Positions 1 through 8,505 of a DNA stretch of 64,000 bases are shown here, in pieces. Positions within the stretch are counted from its first letter, which is position 1, and the number at the start of each line of letters is the position of its first letter. The translations under genes and the position numbers were made by a program. The notes under the pieces are model-generated. The model had not been told where the DNA came from and made no database searches. It saw nothing but the letters and a program-made list of their open reading frames with translations. Source of the DNA: Luteolibacter sp. (GTDB lineage Bacteria > Verrucomicrobiota > Verrucomicrobiia > Verrucomicrobiales > Akkermansiaceae); contig JASGEP010000020.1 of the NCBI GenBank assembly GCA_047606285.1, positions 30,891 to 94,890 on the forward strand. Direction: 5' to 3'.

Positions 1-565
1 TGATCTTGCCGGGGTAGTCCTGCACGGCGCGGGCGAATTTCCCGGCGGGACGGAGGTGGAAACCGCGTGGATTGGAAAATTTCACCTCCAGCTCGCTGCC
101 TTCGAAGTCGTCATCAGCGGTGGTGGATTCTTCTTCGGCGCTTCCGGAAACGGCGGCGAGGATTTCCTCCGGATCGGTGGTGTGGGCGAGGCGTTGAGCG
201 AGAGCTGCGTCCGAAACGATGCCGGTCAGTCGGCGCAGCAGGCCGATGTGTTCGTCGGATTTCGCGGCGATGCCGAAGACGAGGTGCGCGGTTTTCCCGT
301 CCCCCCAATCCACGCCGCCGGGAACTTGTAAAACGGCGATGCGGGTCTGCAGGATGTGGTGCGAGTCCTGCGGGCGGCCGTGTGGAATGGCGAGGCCGTT
401 GCCGAGGAAGGTCGTCGCCGTTTTTTCACGGGCGAGCATGCTTTCCACATACTCCGGCTGGATGGAGGCGCTGGAGAGCAGGATCTCTCCGACGGCGCGG
501 ATCGCGGCTTCTTTCGAAGCGGCCTCGGCTCCGAGCCGGACGTCGTGAACGGTCATGGCGAGCAT
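1..565 (-). CDS. fruB: PTS fructose-type multiphosphoryl transfer protein (EIIA-Fru followed by HPr-like domain), 5' part only; runs off the window start
   Basis: Manual translation of the minus strand from ATG 565: MLAMTVHDVRLGAEAASKEAAIRAVGE...STFLG-like TTFLGNGLAIPHG...VDWGDG...GIAAKSDEHIGLLRRL, typical of EIIA-Fru, then an HPr-like FSNPRGFHLRPAGKF segment. Not in the ORF track because there is no stop in the window. Confidence 0.85.
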   Translation of the reverse strand, partial: MLAMTVHDVRLGAEAASKEAAIRAVGEILLSSASIQPEYVESMLAREKTATTFLGNGLAIPHGRPQDSHHILQTRIAVLQVPGGVDWGDGKTAHLVFGIAAKSDEHIGLLRRLTGIVSDAALAQRLAHTTDPEEILAAVSGSAEEESTTADDDFEGSELEVKFSNPRGFHLRPAGKFARAVQDYPGKI

Positions 566-621
566 GGTTTCTGAGTGGGTTTTCGGGTTTTGAAAAACGA
601 GGGCGGCGGGTGACGTGAGGA

Positions 622-643
622 TTTATGTAAACGTTTACATAAA
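622..643. promoter_or_regulatory. LacI-family operator, perfect 22-bp palindrome TTTATGTAAACGTTTACATAAA
   Basis: Perfect inverted repeat with central CG (TGTAAACGTTTACA core), lying between the divergent PTS and LacI genes. Confidence 0.8.
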
Positions 644-779
644 ATATGTCAAACAAGATTCTTCAAAAAATTCGTCCGCGCATCCTGAAATGTCGAAAAA
701 TCTCAAAATTTTCTCGATGTTACGAAGATTTTTCCGAAAATGAACATGTCGAATTTCTCCGGGAAACCGCCTGGATTTC

Positions 780-793
780 TGTAAACGATCTCA
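780..793. promoter_or_regulatory. Possible weaker second LacI operator TGTAAACGATCTCA
   Basis: Left half is identical to the main operator; sits 4 bp before the LacI start codon. Confidence 0.45.
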
Positions 794-797
794 TTTC

Positions 798-1829
798 ATG
801 GCTCATTCCATCAAAGATGTGGCTGAAAAAGCCGGGGTTTCCATCGCCACCGTTTCCCGCGTTCTGGCGGGGAAAGGCTACATCAGTGCGGAAGCGCGGG
901 AACGGGTGGAAGCGGCGGTGAAGGCGCTGGGCTACAAGCCGAACCGCGTGGCGCGGAACCTGCGGGCGCGGAAATCCAAGGTGATCGGCCTGATTTTATC
1001 CGACATCCGGAACCCGTTTTTCAGCGAGATCAGCCGCGCGGTGGAGGAGGTGGCGATGCGCTCCGGCTACAGCGTGCTGATCTGCAACACGGATGAAGAT
1101 CCGAAAAAGGAGGCGAAATTTCTCGATCTGATGAGCGAGGAAAAAGTCGCGGGCGTACTGCTCTCGCCGACGCGCACCGGGGTGAAGCACCTTCGCGAGT
1201 ATCGGGAAACGGGGCCGCCGCTGGTGCTCTTCGACCGCAAGCTGCCGGAGTCCGGGCTGGATTCCGTGGTGATCGATAATTTCGACGCGGCGTTCAAGCT
1301 CACGCGCACGCTAATCGACGGAGGATTTCAAAGGATCGCCGGGATTTTCGGGGCGAAGAGTTACACGGCGGGCGAGCGGATTCGTGGGTTCCGTGCGGCC
1401 TTCGGCGACGAGGAAGGGAAAATCGCGGCGGTTTACCAGATTCCGGCGTTCGAGTCCGAGAGTGAAAAGGTGATCGCGGAAATCCTGAAGCTGGAGCCCG
1501 CGGTGGACGCCGTTTTGTGCAGCAGCGCGCTGATCGCCAGCGGAGCCTACAAGGCGCTGGTGCAGCGCGGGGTGAAGATGCCGGAGCGGATGGGCTTCGC
1601 CGCCTTCGACGACCCGACGTGGGCAAGCTTCGTGCGCCCGTCCGTCACGGTGATCCGCCAACCCGCCGTGGCGATCGGTCAGGCGGGTGCGGAGCTGTTG
1701 TTGAAGCGCATCGAGGACGAGGGCAGGCCGGTGACGGAGATTTGCCTGTTGGGTGAGCTGGTGGTGCGGGAGTCGCATGGGAGGGGTGGAGCGTCGACGT
1801 CCACGTCGGCTCTTCGCGGTGGGGGATAG
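798..1829 (+). CDS. LacI-family transcriptional regulator
   Basis: N-terminal HTH SIKDVAEKAGVSIATVSRVL, hinge YKPNRVARNLR, periplasmic-binding-fold core. Confidence 0.95.
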   Translation: MAHSIKDVAEKAGVSIATVSRVLAGKGYISAEARERVEAAVKALGYKPNRVARNLRARKSKVIGLILSDIRNPFFSEISRAVEEVAMRSGYSVLICNTDEDPKKEAKFLDLMSEEKVAGVLLSPTRTGVKHLREYRETGPPLVLFDRKLPESGLDSVVIDNFDAAFKLTRTLIDGGFQRIAGIFGAKSYTAGERIRGFRAAFGDEEGKIAAVYQIPAFESESEKVIAEILKLEPAVDAVLCSSALIASGAYKALVQRGVKMPERMGFAAFDDPTWASFVRPSVTVIRQPAVAIGQAGAELLLKRIEDEGRPVTEICLLGELVVRESHGRGGASTSTSALRGGG

Positions 1830-1871
1830 GAGATTGAGGATGGGAAGAGCCGGTGTGAACACCAGCGCTCC
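1788..1871. repeat. REP family A inverted doublet (copies at 1788-1814 and 1845-1871)
   Basis: GGAGCGTCGACGTCCACGTCGGCTCTT and AAGAGCCGGTGTGAACACCAGCGCTCC (reverse orientation), 27 bp each. Confidence 0.8.
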
Positions 1872-1983
1872 ATTCGGCATCCTGAGGAATGGAGCAGGAT
1901 GATCTGGTGGTCGAAAATATCGATTGCTTCTTGCCAGTGATGGGTCTGGCTTATTTTTTTGCGTTCTGATACTTGCTTGCGAA

Positions 1984-2751
1984 ATGCGTTTTCCCCCCCA
2001 TTCGGTTTCTTATCCCTGGTCCCGGCGGCCGGGGTGGTTTTACGCGCTGGTGCGCTGGCCGTGGCGGGTGACGTTCTGGTTTACGATGCGTATCCGCCAT
2101 TGCGGGCTGGAGCGTGTGGAGGATGCCGGGGGCGCGTTGTTGGCGGTGAGCCATTTGAGTCATTTGGATCCGGTGATCGTGAGCGCGTTGTTGCAGCGGA
2201 AGGTGAGCTGGGTTTCACGGAAGGAGTTTTTCCGGAACCGGTGGATGCGCCCGGTGCTGCAATATGGCGGGGCGTTTCAGGTGGACCGGCAGGGGAACGC
2301 GCTGCCGACGGTGCGCGAGGGGTTGAAACGGCTGGCCCGCGGGGAAATGGTGGGGATTTTCCCGGAGGGGGAAGTGGTGAGCGGGGCGGAGTCGATGTTT
2401 TACGGCGGGAGGATCAAGCGTGGGGTGTGCCTGCTTTCGGCGTATTCGGGGAAACCGATCGTGCCGGTGGTGGTGCTGGGATCGGACCGGCTGAGGGAGG
2501 TTGATCCGTGGCTGCCGGCGAAGCGTGGAAAGCTGTGGGTGTATTGCGGCGAGCCGATCCCGGCGATGGTTTCCGCGAAGGGGCGGATCGGGCGTGAGAT
2601 GTTCGCGCGGGAGCTGGAGACGGCTTTCCGGCGTTTGTACGAGGAGGCGTGTGAGCATTTCCGCCTGCCGCCGGACATTGCGCCGGGGTCAGCAGAGGCG
2701 GATCATGTCCTTGATGAATTGGCCCCAGAGGAAAAACAGCCCGCGGCATGA
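1984..2751 (+). CDS. 1-acyl-sn-glycerol-3-phosphate acyltransferase (PlsC-like)
   Basis: HX4D motif SHLSHLD and IFPEG motif; start moved to ATG 1984. Confidence 0.85.
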   Translation: MRFPPHSVSYPWSRRPGWFYALVRWPWRVTFWFTMRIRHCGLERVEDAGGALLAVSHLSHLDPVIVSALLQRKVSWVSRKEFFRNRWMRPVLQYGGAFQVDRQGNALPTVREGLKRLARGEMVGIFPEGEVVSGAESMFYGGRIKRGVCLLSAYSGKPIVPVVVLGSDRLREVDPWLPAKRGKLWVYCGEPIPAMVSAKGRIGREMFARELETAFRRLYEEACEHFRLPPDIAPGSAEADHVLDELAPEEKQPAA

Positions 2752-3507
2752 GTAGGCGAAATGGCCGTCACCGGTCAGGCGGATGATGCCGCTGGCGAGG
2801 TTATGCTCCACCTGCTGGCGCATTTCCCGCTCGATGGATTGCTCGATTTCATCGGGATCGGGCATGCGCAGGAGATCGCTGGTGATCCGGGAGCGGCGCA
2901 GGTAGTTCCGGTGATCGGCGAGGATCTGGTGGAAGCAGTTTTTTTCGCAGGCGACGTGGTTCCACCGCACGTTCGGCGGGCAGCGGAGGGTGGGGGCGAA
3001 GGGGAAATTGGTGGTGCGCCAGGTTTTGCCGTTTTCGCAATACGAGGTGATGGAGACGAAGGCGAAGGCGACATCGCTTTGTTCGCAGAGGCAGACGGCG
3101 GCGACGGCGCGTTCTTCCGGATGCCAGAAGAGCCGGAAAAACTGCTGCATGCCCGCCCATTCCCAACCGCAATCCGAGACGTGCTCGAATCCGGCCTCTT
3201 CCATGGCGGCGGCGGCTTCGGTGGCATTCGGATAGTGCGCGGGGTTCGGGAGTTCCTTGTGGTTGAGCCGATTGTCGAGCGGCAGGCGCATCCGGCGGAC
3301 GCGGGTGAGCAGCTCGACCCAGGGGAGCAAAAACCACAGCGCGATGCCGAAAACCCCGGCGATCACACTGCCGGTGATGAAGTAGAAAAAGAAGAAGCTG
3401 GCAGCGAGAAACGTCACGGCGCCCATCTTGCGCAACGCGTTCATGCGCGAAGTGCGCAGAGCGACCGCAAGGATCAGCAGGCCAACGACAAACAAGGTTT
3501 CACGCAT
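2689..3507 (-). CDS. Hypothetical membrane-anchored protein
   Basis: 272-aa ORF with hydrophobic N-terminal helices followed by a soluble domain; codon pattern looks coding. Confidence 0.7.
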   Translation of the reverse strand: MRETLFVVGLLILAVALRTSRMNALRKMGAVTFLAASFFFFYFITGSVIAGVFGIALWFLLPWVELLTRVRRMRLPLDNRLNHKELPNPAHYPNATEAAAAMEEAGFEHVSDCGWEWAGMQQFFRLFWHPEERAVAAVCLCEQSDVAFAFVSITSYCENGKTWRTTNFPFAPTLRCPPNVRWNHVACEKNCFHQILADHRNYLRRSRITSDLLRMPDPDEIEQSIEREMRQQVEHNLASGIIRLTGDGHFAYSCRGLFFLWGQFIKDMIRLC

Positions 3508-3613
3508 GGGGAATCAACGGGCGGAAGGCACCCGCGAGGGGCGCATGAAATGGACATTCCACGCGCCACCGGAAGGTGCAAGGGAGGATTTTCACGAATC
3601 CGCGTAGGTTGAG

Positions 3614-4477
3614 TCAGCTCCAGGCCATGCGGAGCAGCTCGCGCAGGCGTTGCGGATCGGTGGAAGTGGTCTTGGCGACGAACCCGCGGGCGTGGGCGAA
3701 GTGGACGTCTTCGCAGAACTCAAGCTTGGTGAAATCGAGCCGCGGGTGGTCGTTGTGGCGGGAAAGCCCGAAGCCGGTGCCACGGCGATCCGGATAGACC
3801 ATGCCGACGACGTTTTTCCCGGCGGGGTGTTTTTCAATGTAGCGTCCCAGGCCGGAGGATGGCTCTTCCGGCATCGGCTCGGTGCGCGGCATGAAAAGAA
3901 CGGTGAAGGTTTCTCCGGATGTTTCGATGTTCCAGAACTCGGCGTTTTCCGCGATGAAATCGAGGCGTTGGCGGAGGGATTTCAGGTAGCTGAGCAGGTC
4001 CTCTCCGATCCAGCACATGATTTCCCACAGCGGTTCGCCGGGGGCGAGCCGGGTGGTGGAGGCGAAGCGGCGGAGCAGGGTGGTGTCGATGGGGGAGTTC
4101 AGCTTGAAGAGCGCGTCGCGCGGGATGCCGAGCCATTTCGCGGTCTCGATGGGGCCGCGCGTGTCGAACCATTCGGCGGGTTCCAGCCAATCGCAGAATT
4201 CCCGTGCGTCCTCGTAAACACCGAGGTCTTTCAGGACGAGACTCAGCGCGCAAAGCGGCTCGGAGTCCTTCGGAAACTGGTGGTGATCGAAATTTCCCCG
4301 TGCGGGTTCGTGTTCCCCGCCGACATCGACGACCGCCGTGGAAAGATCCGCCAAGTCCTCCGGCGTCGGCTCGCGGCGGACGATGGGTGCGCGGTGGACC
4401 GCCGCCAAGAGACAGCAGGCGAGGAATTCATCCTTATGCGAGCCGCCGGGATGGGTGAGGATTTGCGAATAGGTCAT
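3614..4477 (-). CDS. MYG1-family (UPF0160) exonuclease/hydrolase
   Basis: ILTHPGGSHKDEFLAC, VVDVGGEH...FDHHQ and C-terminal YPDRRGTG...FAHARGFVA motifs; start reassigned to ATG 4477. Confidence 0.85.
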   Translation of the reverse strand: MTYSQILTHPGGSHKDEFLACCLLAAVHRAPIVRREPTPEDLADLSTAVVDVGGEHEPARGNFDHHQFPKDSEPLCALSLVLKDLGVYEDAREFCDWLEPAEWFDTRGPIETAKWLGIPRDALFKLNSPIDTTLLRRFASTTRLAPGEPLWEIMCWIGEDLLSYLKSLRQRLDFIAENAEFWNIETSGETFTVLFMPRTEPMPEEPSSGLGRYIEKHPAGKNVVGMVYPDRRGTGFGLSRHNDHPRLDFTKLEFCEDVHFAHARGFVAKTTSTDPQRLRELLRMAWS

Positions 4478-4582
4478 GCAGCGGAGAAAGGCAGCATGTC
4501 TCCGGGGAAACAAGCCGGAAGGGGGATGAGGGACCGGAAAATCCGACCTTGGATTTTTTCCGGTCCCTGGTAGATTTTCGGA

Positions 4583-4804
4583 ATGCTGAAGGACCTCCCG
4601 CAGGTGCAAGCCCTCTCGGTTTCTCAAAAACTGGAGCTGGTGGACGAGATTTGGATGTCCATGGAAGATGATGCCGAAAATCTGGGCATTTCCGAAGAGG
4701 AGAAAATCATTCTCGATCAACGGTGGGCGGAATACCTGAGCGATCCATCATCCGCCCTGACTCTGGAACAGTTCAAAACGCGGCTGGGTGAGCTTCGGGC
4801 ATGA
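4583..4804 (+). CDS. Addiction module antitoxin component (TIGR02574-like)
   Basis: 73 aa, LSVSQKLELVDEIW...LDQRWAEY pattern; overlaps the toxin start by ATGA. Confidence 0.8.
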   Translation: MLKDLPQVQALSVSQKLELVDEIWMSMEDDAENLGISEEEKIILDQRWAEYLSDPSSALTLEQFKTRLGELRA

Positions 4805-5115
4805 AAGCGCTCCGGCTCCTGCCAGATATCCTGCATGACATTGCGGCTGCGGCCGAATGGTATGACGAGAATGGTTATGGGGGATTGGGTGAACGTTTCA
4901 TCGACGTTTTTTACGGTTACGTTCCGAAAATCCAGCAGCACGGAGAGATTTACCGGGTGATTTATCGCGATTTCCGCAAAGTGCTGCTTCAGCCGTTTCC
5001 TTACATTCTGTATTACAGGCTCCACGAAGATACTTGGGTGATCGCGTTGGTCATCCACGCGGCCCGCGATCCGGGTGTTACGCGGAAATTGCTCAATCGG
5101 CGGCGGAGCCTTTGA
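4801..5115 (+). CDS. RelE/ParE-family type II toxin
   Basis: 104 aa with AAEWYDE...GLGERF, FPYILYY and LVIHAARDP motifs. Confidence 0.85.
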   Translation: MKALRLLPDILHDIAAAAEWYDENGYGGLGERFIDVFYGYVPKIQQHGEIYRVIYRDFRKVLLQPFPYILYYRLHEDTWVIALVIHAARDPGVTRKLLNRRRSL

Positions 5116-5292
5116 TTTGAATCCGTTTCCCGAAAAATCCGCCCGATTCGCCGCATTCGCGGTGCCCGAAATCCCTCGTTTCCGGCGATCCCGTCACGGG
5201 AAATCCACAATCGCGCCTTGTCAGGGCGGGAAAAACCGTGCATAGCCCCGCCCCCGCATTCGCCAAAGGTTCAATCCCGACCCTCATTTTAC

Positions 5293-7140
5293 ATGTCTCT
5301 GAAAATTCGAAATCTCGCCATCATTGCCCACGTTGACCACGGCAAGACCACTCTCGTGGACCAACTTCTGCAAGCCGGTGGCACCTATCGCGAAAACCAG
5401 GCGACGCAAGAACGCGCGATGGATTCGATGGATCTCGAAAAGGAAAAGGGTATCACCATCAAGGCGAAAAACACCTCCATCCACTGGGAAGGCTACACCA
5501 TCAACATCGTGGACACTCCCGGCCACGCCGACTTCGGCGCCGAGGTGGAGCGCGTGATGAAAATGGTGGACGGCGTGCTGCTCGTGGTGGACGCCTTCGG
5601 CGGTCCGCAGGCGCAGACCCGCTTCGTGCTGCGCAAGGCGCTCGCGGAAGGCCTGAAGCCGATCGTCGTCATCAACAAAATCGACCGCCCGCTGGCCGAT
5701 CCGATGAAGGTTCACGACCAGGTGCTCGAGCTTTTCCTCGATCTCGACGCAACGGAAGACCAGTTCAACGCTCCCTTCGCCTACGGCTCCGCCCGTGACG
5801 GCTATTTCATGGATCATCCGGACGACGAGAAAAAGGACTGCATCCCGCTTCTCAAGAAGATCGTCGAATTCATCCCCGAGCCGAAAGCCGATCCGGAAGC
5901 GCCGTTTTCCATGCTCGTTTCCAACATCGAATGGGACAACTTCGTCGGCCGCGTCGCCGTCGGTAAAGTCCTCGGTGGCAGCGTGAAAAAGGGCGACACC
6001 ATCTGGCTCGTCCGCAAGGACGGCACCAAGAAGCAATCGAAGGTGATGAAAACCTTCAGCTACTCCGGCCTCGCCACCACCGATTCCGAAGGTTGCGGTG
6101 CGGGTGGCATCGTCGGCGTGGCCGCCGGTATCGATGACATCGACATCGGTGAAACCCTGGTCGGTTCGCCGGAGCTCGAAGCGCTGCCCTTCGTGGAAAT
6201 CGATCCGCCGACCGTGCAAATGCAGTTTTCCATCAACGATGGCCCGCTGGCCGGCAAGGAAGGCAAGCACGTCACGTCCCGTGCCATCCGTGAGCGCCTG
6301 ATGCACGAGCTGAAGACCAACATTTCCATCCAGGTCGAGGACACCGACCAGGCCGGCGTGTTCAACGTTTCCGCCCGTGGCGCGATGCAAATCGCCGTTC
6401 TCGTGGAAACCATGCGCCGCGAAGGTTTCGAAGTCTGCGTCTCCCGTCCGACCGTGATTTATCGCCGCGACGAAAACGGCAAGCTTCTCGAGCCGTTCGA
6501 GACCCTCTATGTCGAAGCTCCCGGCGACTACTCCCAAGGCATTCTCAAGAGCATTTCCAGCCGCAAGGGCCTGCTTGAAAACATGGACACCGAGGCTTCC
6601 GGCCGCGTGTTCATCCAGGCCGCCATCCCGACCCGCGGTTTGATCGGTTTCGAGACCGAGCTGGTGAACCTCACTTCCGGCCACGGCATCATGTCCCACC
6701 TTTTCAAGGAATACGCCGAACACGCCGGTGAAATCGTCACCCGCACCACCGGCACGCTCGTTTCCATGGATTCCGGCGCGGCGACGACCTACTCGCTGCA
6801 AGCGCTCGAAGATCGCGGCATCCTGTTCGTCGGCCCGAACGACGCCGTTTACGCGGGCATGCTCGTCGGTGAAAACCCGCGCGTCGGCGACCTGCCGGTG
6901 AACCCGGTGAAGGAAAAGCACCTCGATAACATGCGCTCTTCCGGCAAGGACAAGACTTCCAAGCTCACGCCGCCGATCCGCTTCTCGCTGGAGCGCGCCA
7001 TCGAATACATCGATGCCGACGAACTGGTGGAAGCCACCCCGAAAAACATCCGCCTGCGCAAGCGCATCCTCGATGCCAACGCCCGCAAACGCGCGCAGAA
7101 AGTCGGTTCCGGTGCGGAAGACCGCAGCAATCGTGGTTGA
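5293..7140 (+). CDS. typA: Translational GTPase TypA/BipA
   Basis: [31 protein letters not shown] and RGLIGF motifs; C-terminal [25 protein letters not shown]. Confidence 0.98.
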   Translation: MSLKIRNLAIIAHVDHGKTTLVDQLLQAGGTYRENQATQERAMDSMDLEKEKGITIKAKNTSIHWEGYTINIVDTPGHADFGAEVERVMKMVDGVLLVVDAFGGPQAQTRFVLRKALAEGLKPIVVINKIDRPLADPMKVHDQVLELFLDLDATEDQFNAPFAYGSARDGYFMDHPDDEKKDCIPLLKKIVEFIPEPKADPEAPFSMLVSNIEWDNFVGRVAVGKVLGGSVKKGDTIWLVRKDGTKKQSKVMKTFSYSGLATTDSEGCGAGGIVGVAAGIDDIDIGETLVGSPELEALPFVEIDPPTVQMQFSINDGPLAGKEGKHVTSRAIRERLMHELKTNISIQVEDTDQAGVFNVSARGAMQIAVLVETMRREGFEVCVSRPTVIYRRDENGKLLEPFETLYVEAPGDYSQGILKSISSRKGLLENMDTEASGRVFIQAAIPTRGLIGFETELVNLTSGHGIMSHLFKEYAEHAGEIVTRTTGTLVSMDSGAATTYSLQALEDRGILFVGPNDAVYAGMLVGENPRVGDLPVNPVKEKHLDNMRSSGKDKTSKLTPPIRFSLERAIEYIDADELVEATPKNIRLRKRILDANARKRAQKVGSGAEDRSNRG

Positions 7141-7152
7141 GAGATAAGGGAA

Positions 7153-7176
7153 CGGGGACAGACGCTCCTGTCCCCG
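7153..7176 (+). terminator. Hairpin after typA, probable intrinsic terminator
   Basis: CGGGGACAG-ACGCTC-CTGTCCCCG (9-bp stem) followed shortly by a T-rich run. Confidence 0.5.
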
Positions 7177-7190
7177 CAATGTTTTTCGAG

Positions 7191-7217
7191 AAGAGCCGGT
7201 GTGAACACCGGCGCTCC
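7191..7217 (-). repeat. REP family A copy
   Basis: AAGAGCCGGTGTGAACACCGGCGCTCC between convergent typA and the PEP-CTERM gene. Confidence 0.8.
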
Positions 7218-7222
7218 TCCGA

Positions 7223-8131
7223 TCATCTTTTCCGGCGCAGCAGGACGATGCCTCCGGCCAGCAGCGCGAGCAGGGCGCTGGAAGGTTCGGGCACGGGAAT
7301 GAGCGTGCCCTGAAAGGCATAGTGGTGGAATTCCCCGGTGCCCGAGAGGTTGTTGGCGACGAGGGTGCCTTCGAGATTTCCGTAATTGAAGGTCACGTCG
7401 GCGTTCGGGGCGAGGACGCTGCCTTGCACGCTGATGCTTGCGATGTTGAGAGACGTGGCTTCGTAGAAGTTGTAGAGGACGCGCTGCTTGTCCGTCCCCG
7501 AGAGGTTGATGCCCATGTTTTTCCAGTCCACGGACGCTCCGGCCACATTGATGAGGACGGTGGAACCTTCCGGTGCGCTGATGCGGATGCCGTGCGAATT
7601 GCTGATGTCGCTGGCCTGAATAGTGAAGGTGTTCAGGTTCGGATCGGTGCCGGTGAAGACCAGGGTGCCGTATTCGTTGAGGAAGGAACCGGTGGCTTCA
7701 AGCTGGGAAAGGCTGGAGGAAAACGAGGTGAGTTGATTCCTGGCGGCGCTGAAATCGAGGTATTGGCCCTGGATGAGCGAGCCGTTGCGCACGTTGAAGC
7801 TTTGGCCCGCGTTCAGGGTGCCGCCGTAGATGACATCGCCCTCGAAGACCTGTCCGTTGCCGTAGGTGAGATTTCCCCCGACGACGAGCGAGTAGCCGCG
7901 GCTGCCGGCGGGCAGTTTGTCACCGATGCCGTAGTTCGAATAGTTCGCGTTGCCGCCGACGGCGACACGGCCTTCGGCGTCCGAGTTTTGCAGCGTGGCG
8001 TTTCCGAAAACCAGATAGTTGTAATCGGTGGCGACGCCCAGCGATTGGGCGGAGAGGTGGGAGGTCGACACGACGAAGGCGCATGCGACCCCGAACGATG
8101 CGAGCGACAAGCCCGCAAGGGTGCGTTTCAT
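7223..8131 (-). CDS. Choice-of-anchor A domain protein with PEP-CTERM sorting signal
   Basis: Signal peptide; DYNYLVFGNA...DAEGRVAVGGN and GSVLAPNA motifs; C-terminal VPEPSSALLALLAGGIVLLRRKR. Confidence 0.9.
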   Translation of the reverse strand: MKRTLAGLSLASFGVACAFVVSTSHLSAQSLGVATDYNYLVFGNATLQNSDAEGRVAVGGNANYSNYGIGDKLPAGSRGYSLVVGGNLTYGNGQVFEGDVIYGGTLNAGQSFNVRNGSLIQGQYLDFSAARNQLTSFSSSLSQLEATGSFLNEYGTLVFTGTDPNLNTFTIQASDISNSHGIRISAPEGSTVLINVAGASVDWKNMGINLSGTDKQRVLYNFYEATSLNIASISVQGSVLAPNADVTFNYGNLEGTLVANNLSGTGEFHHYAFQGTLIPVPEPSSALLALLAGGIVLLRRKR

Positions 8132-8505
8132 ACGATGGGGGGTGGGGGGATGTGATTTCAGTCCTTGGGGGAAGGACGGAGGGGGGATGCCCGGGGGAGG
8201 CGAACGATCCATCGTCCATCGGGTTCCGTTTGTCCAAGGATTTTTCTCCGATCCATGTCACGCGATCGCGTGGGGGACGGTGCCGGATTTTACCGATCTA
8301 TCACATTTATTGGAGGAAGAAATTCTCGAAATGGGAGGAACCGCGGATGAACTCGGATTGAAGGATCGTTGTGGAGTTTTTCTCCTCTTGTCAGTGATTT
8401 CAAATCTTCTCCCGAGCGGGGTTCGACATATGTTTTCGAAAATTGTTTTTTGGTTAGAAGTCACATCGGTTTTGACGAACGGTCATCTCTGGGCATGGTA
8501 GTGGC

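Noticed and set aside
56-618. Plus-strand ORFs of 91-183 aa at the window start
   Set aside because: They are shadows of the minus-strand PTS gene, which gives clear family motifs.
5268-5278. GGTTCAATCCC resembling a tRNA T-loop next to the TA module (possible att site)
   Set aside because: No acceptor stem, D-arm or anticodon arm can be folded around it, and there is no integrase.
5284-7320. 678-aa antisense ORF over typA; likewise 27457-30048, 19570-20736, 55430-56695, 60816-62189 and others
   Set aside because: Typical stop-poor antisense frames of high-GC genes with strong codon bias; no motifs of their own.
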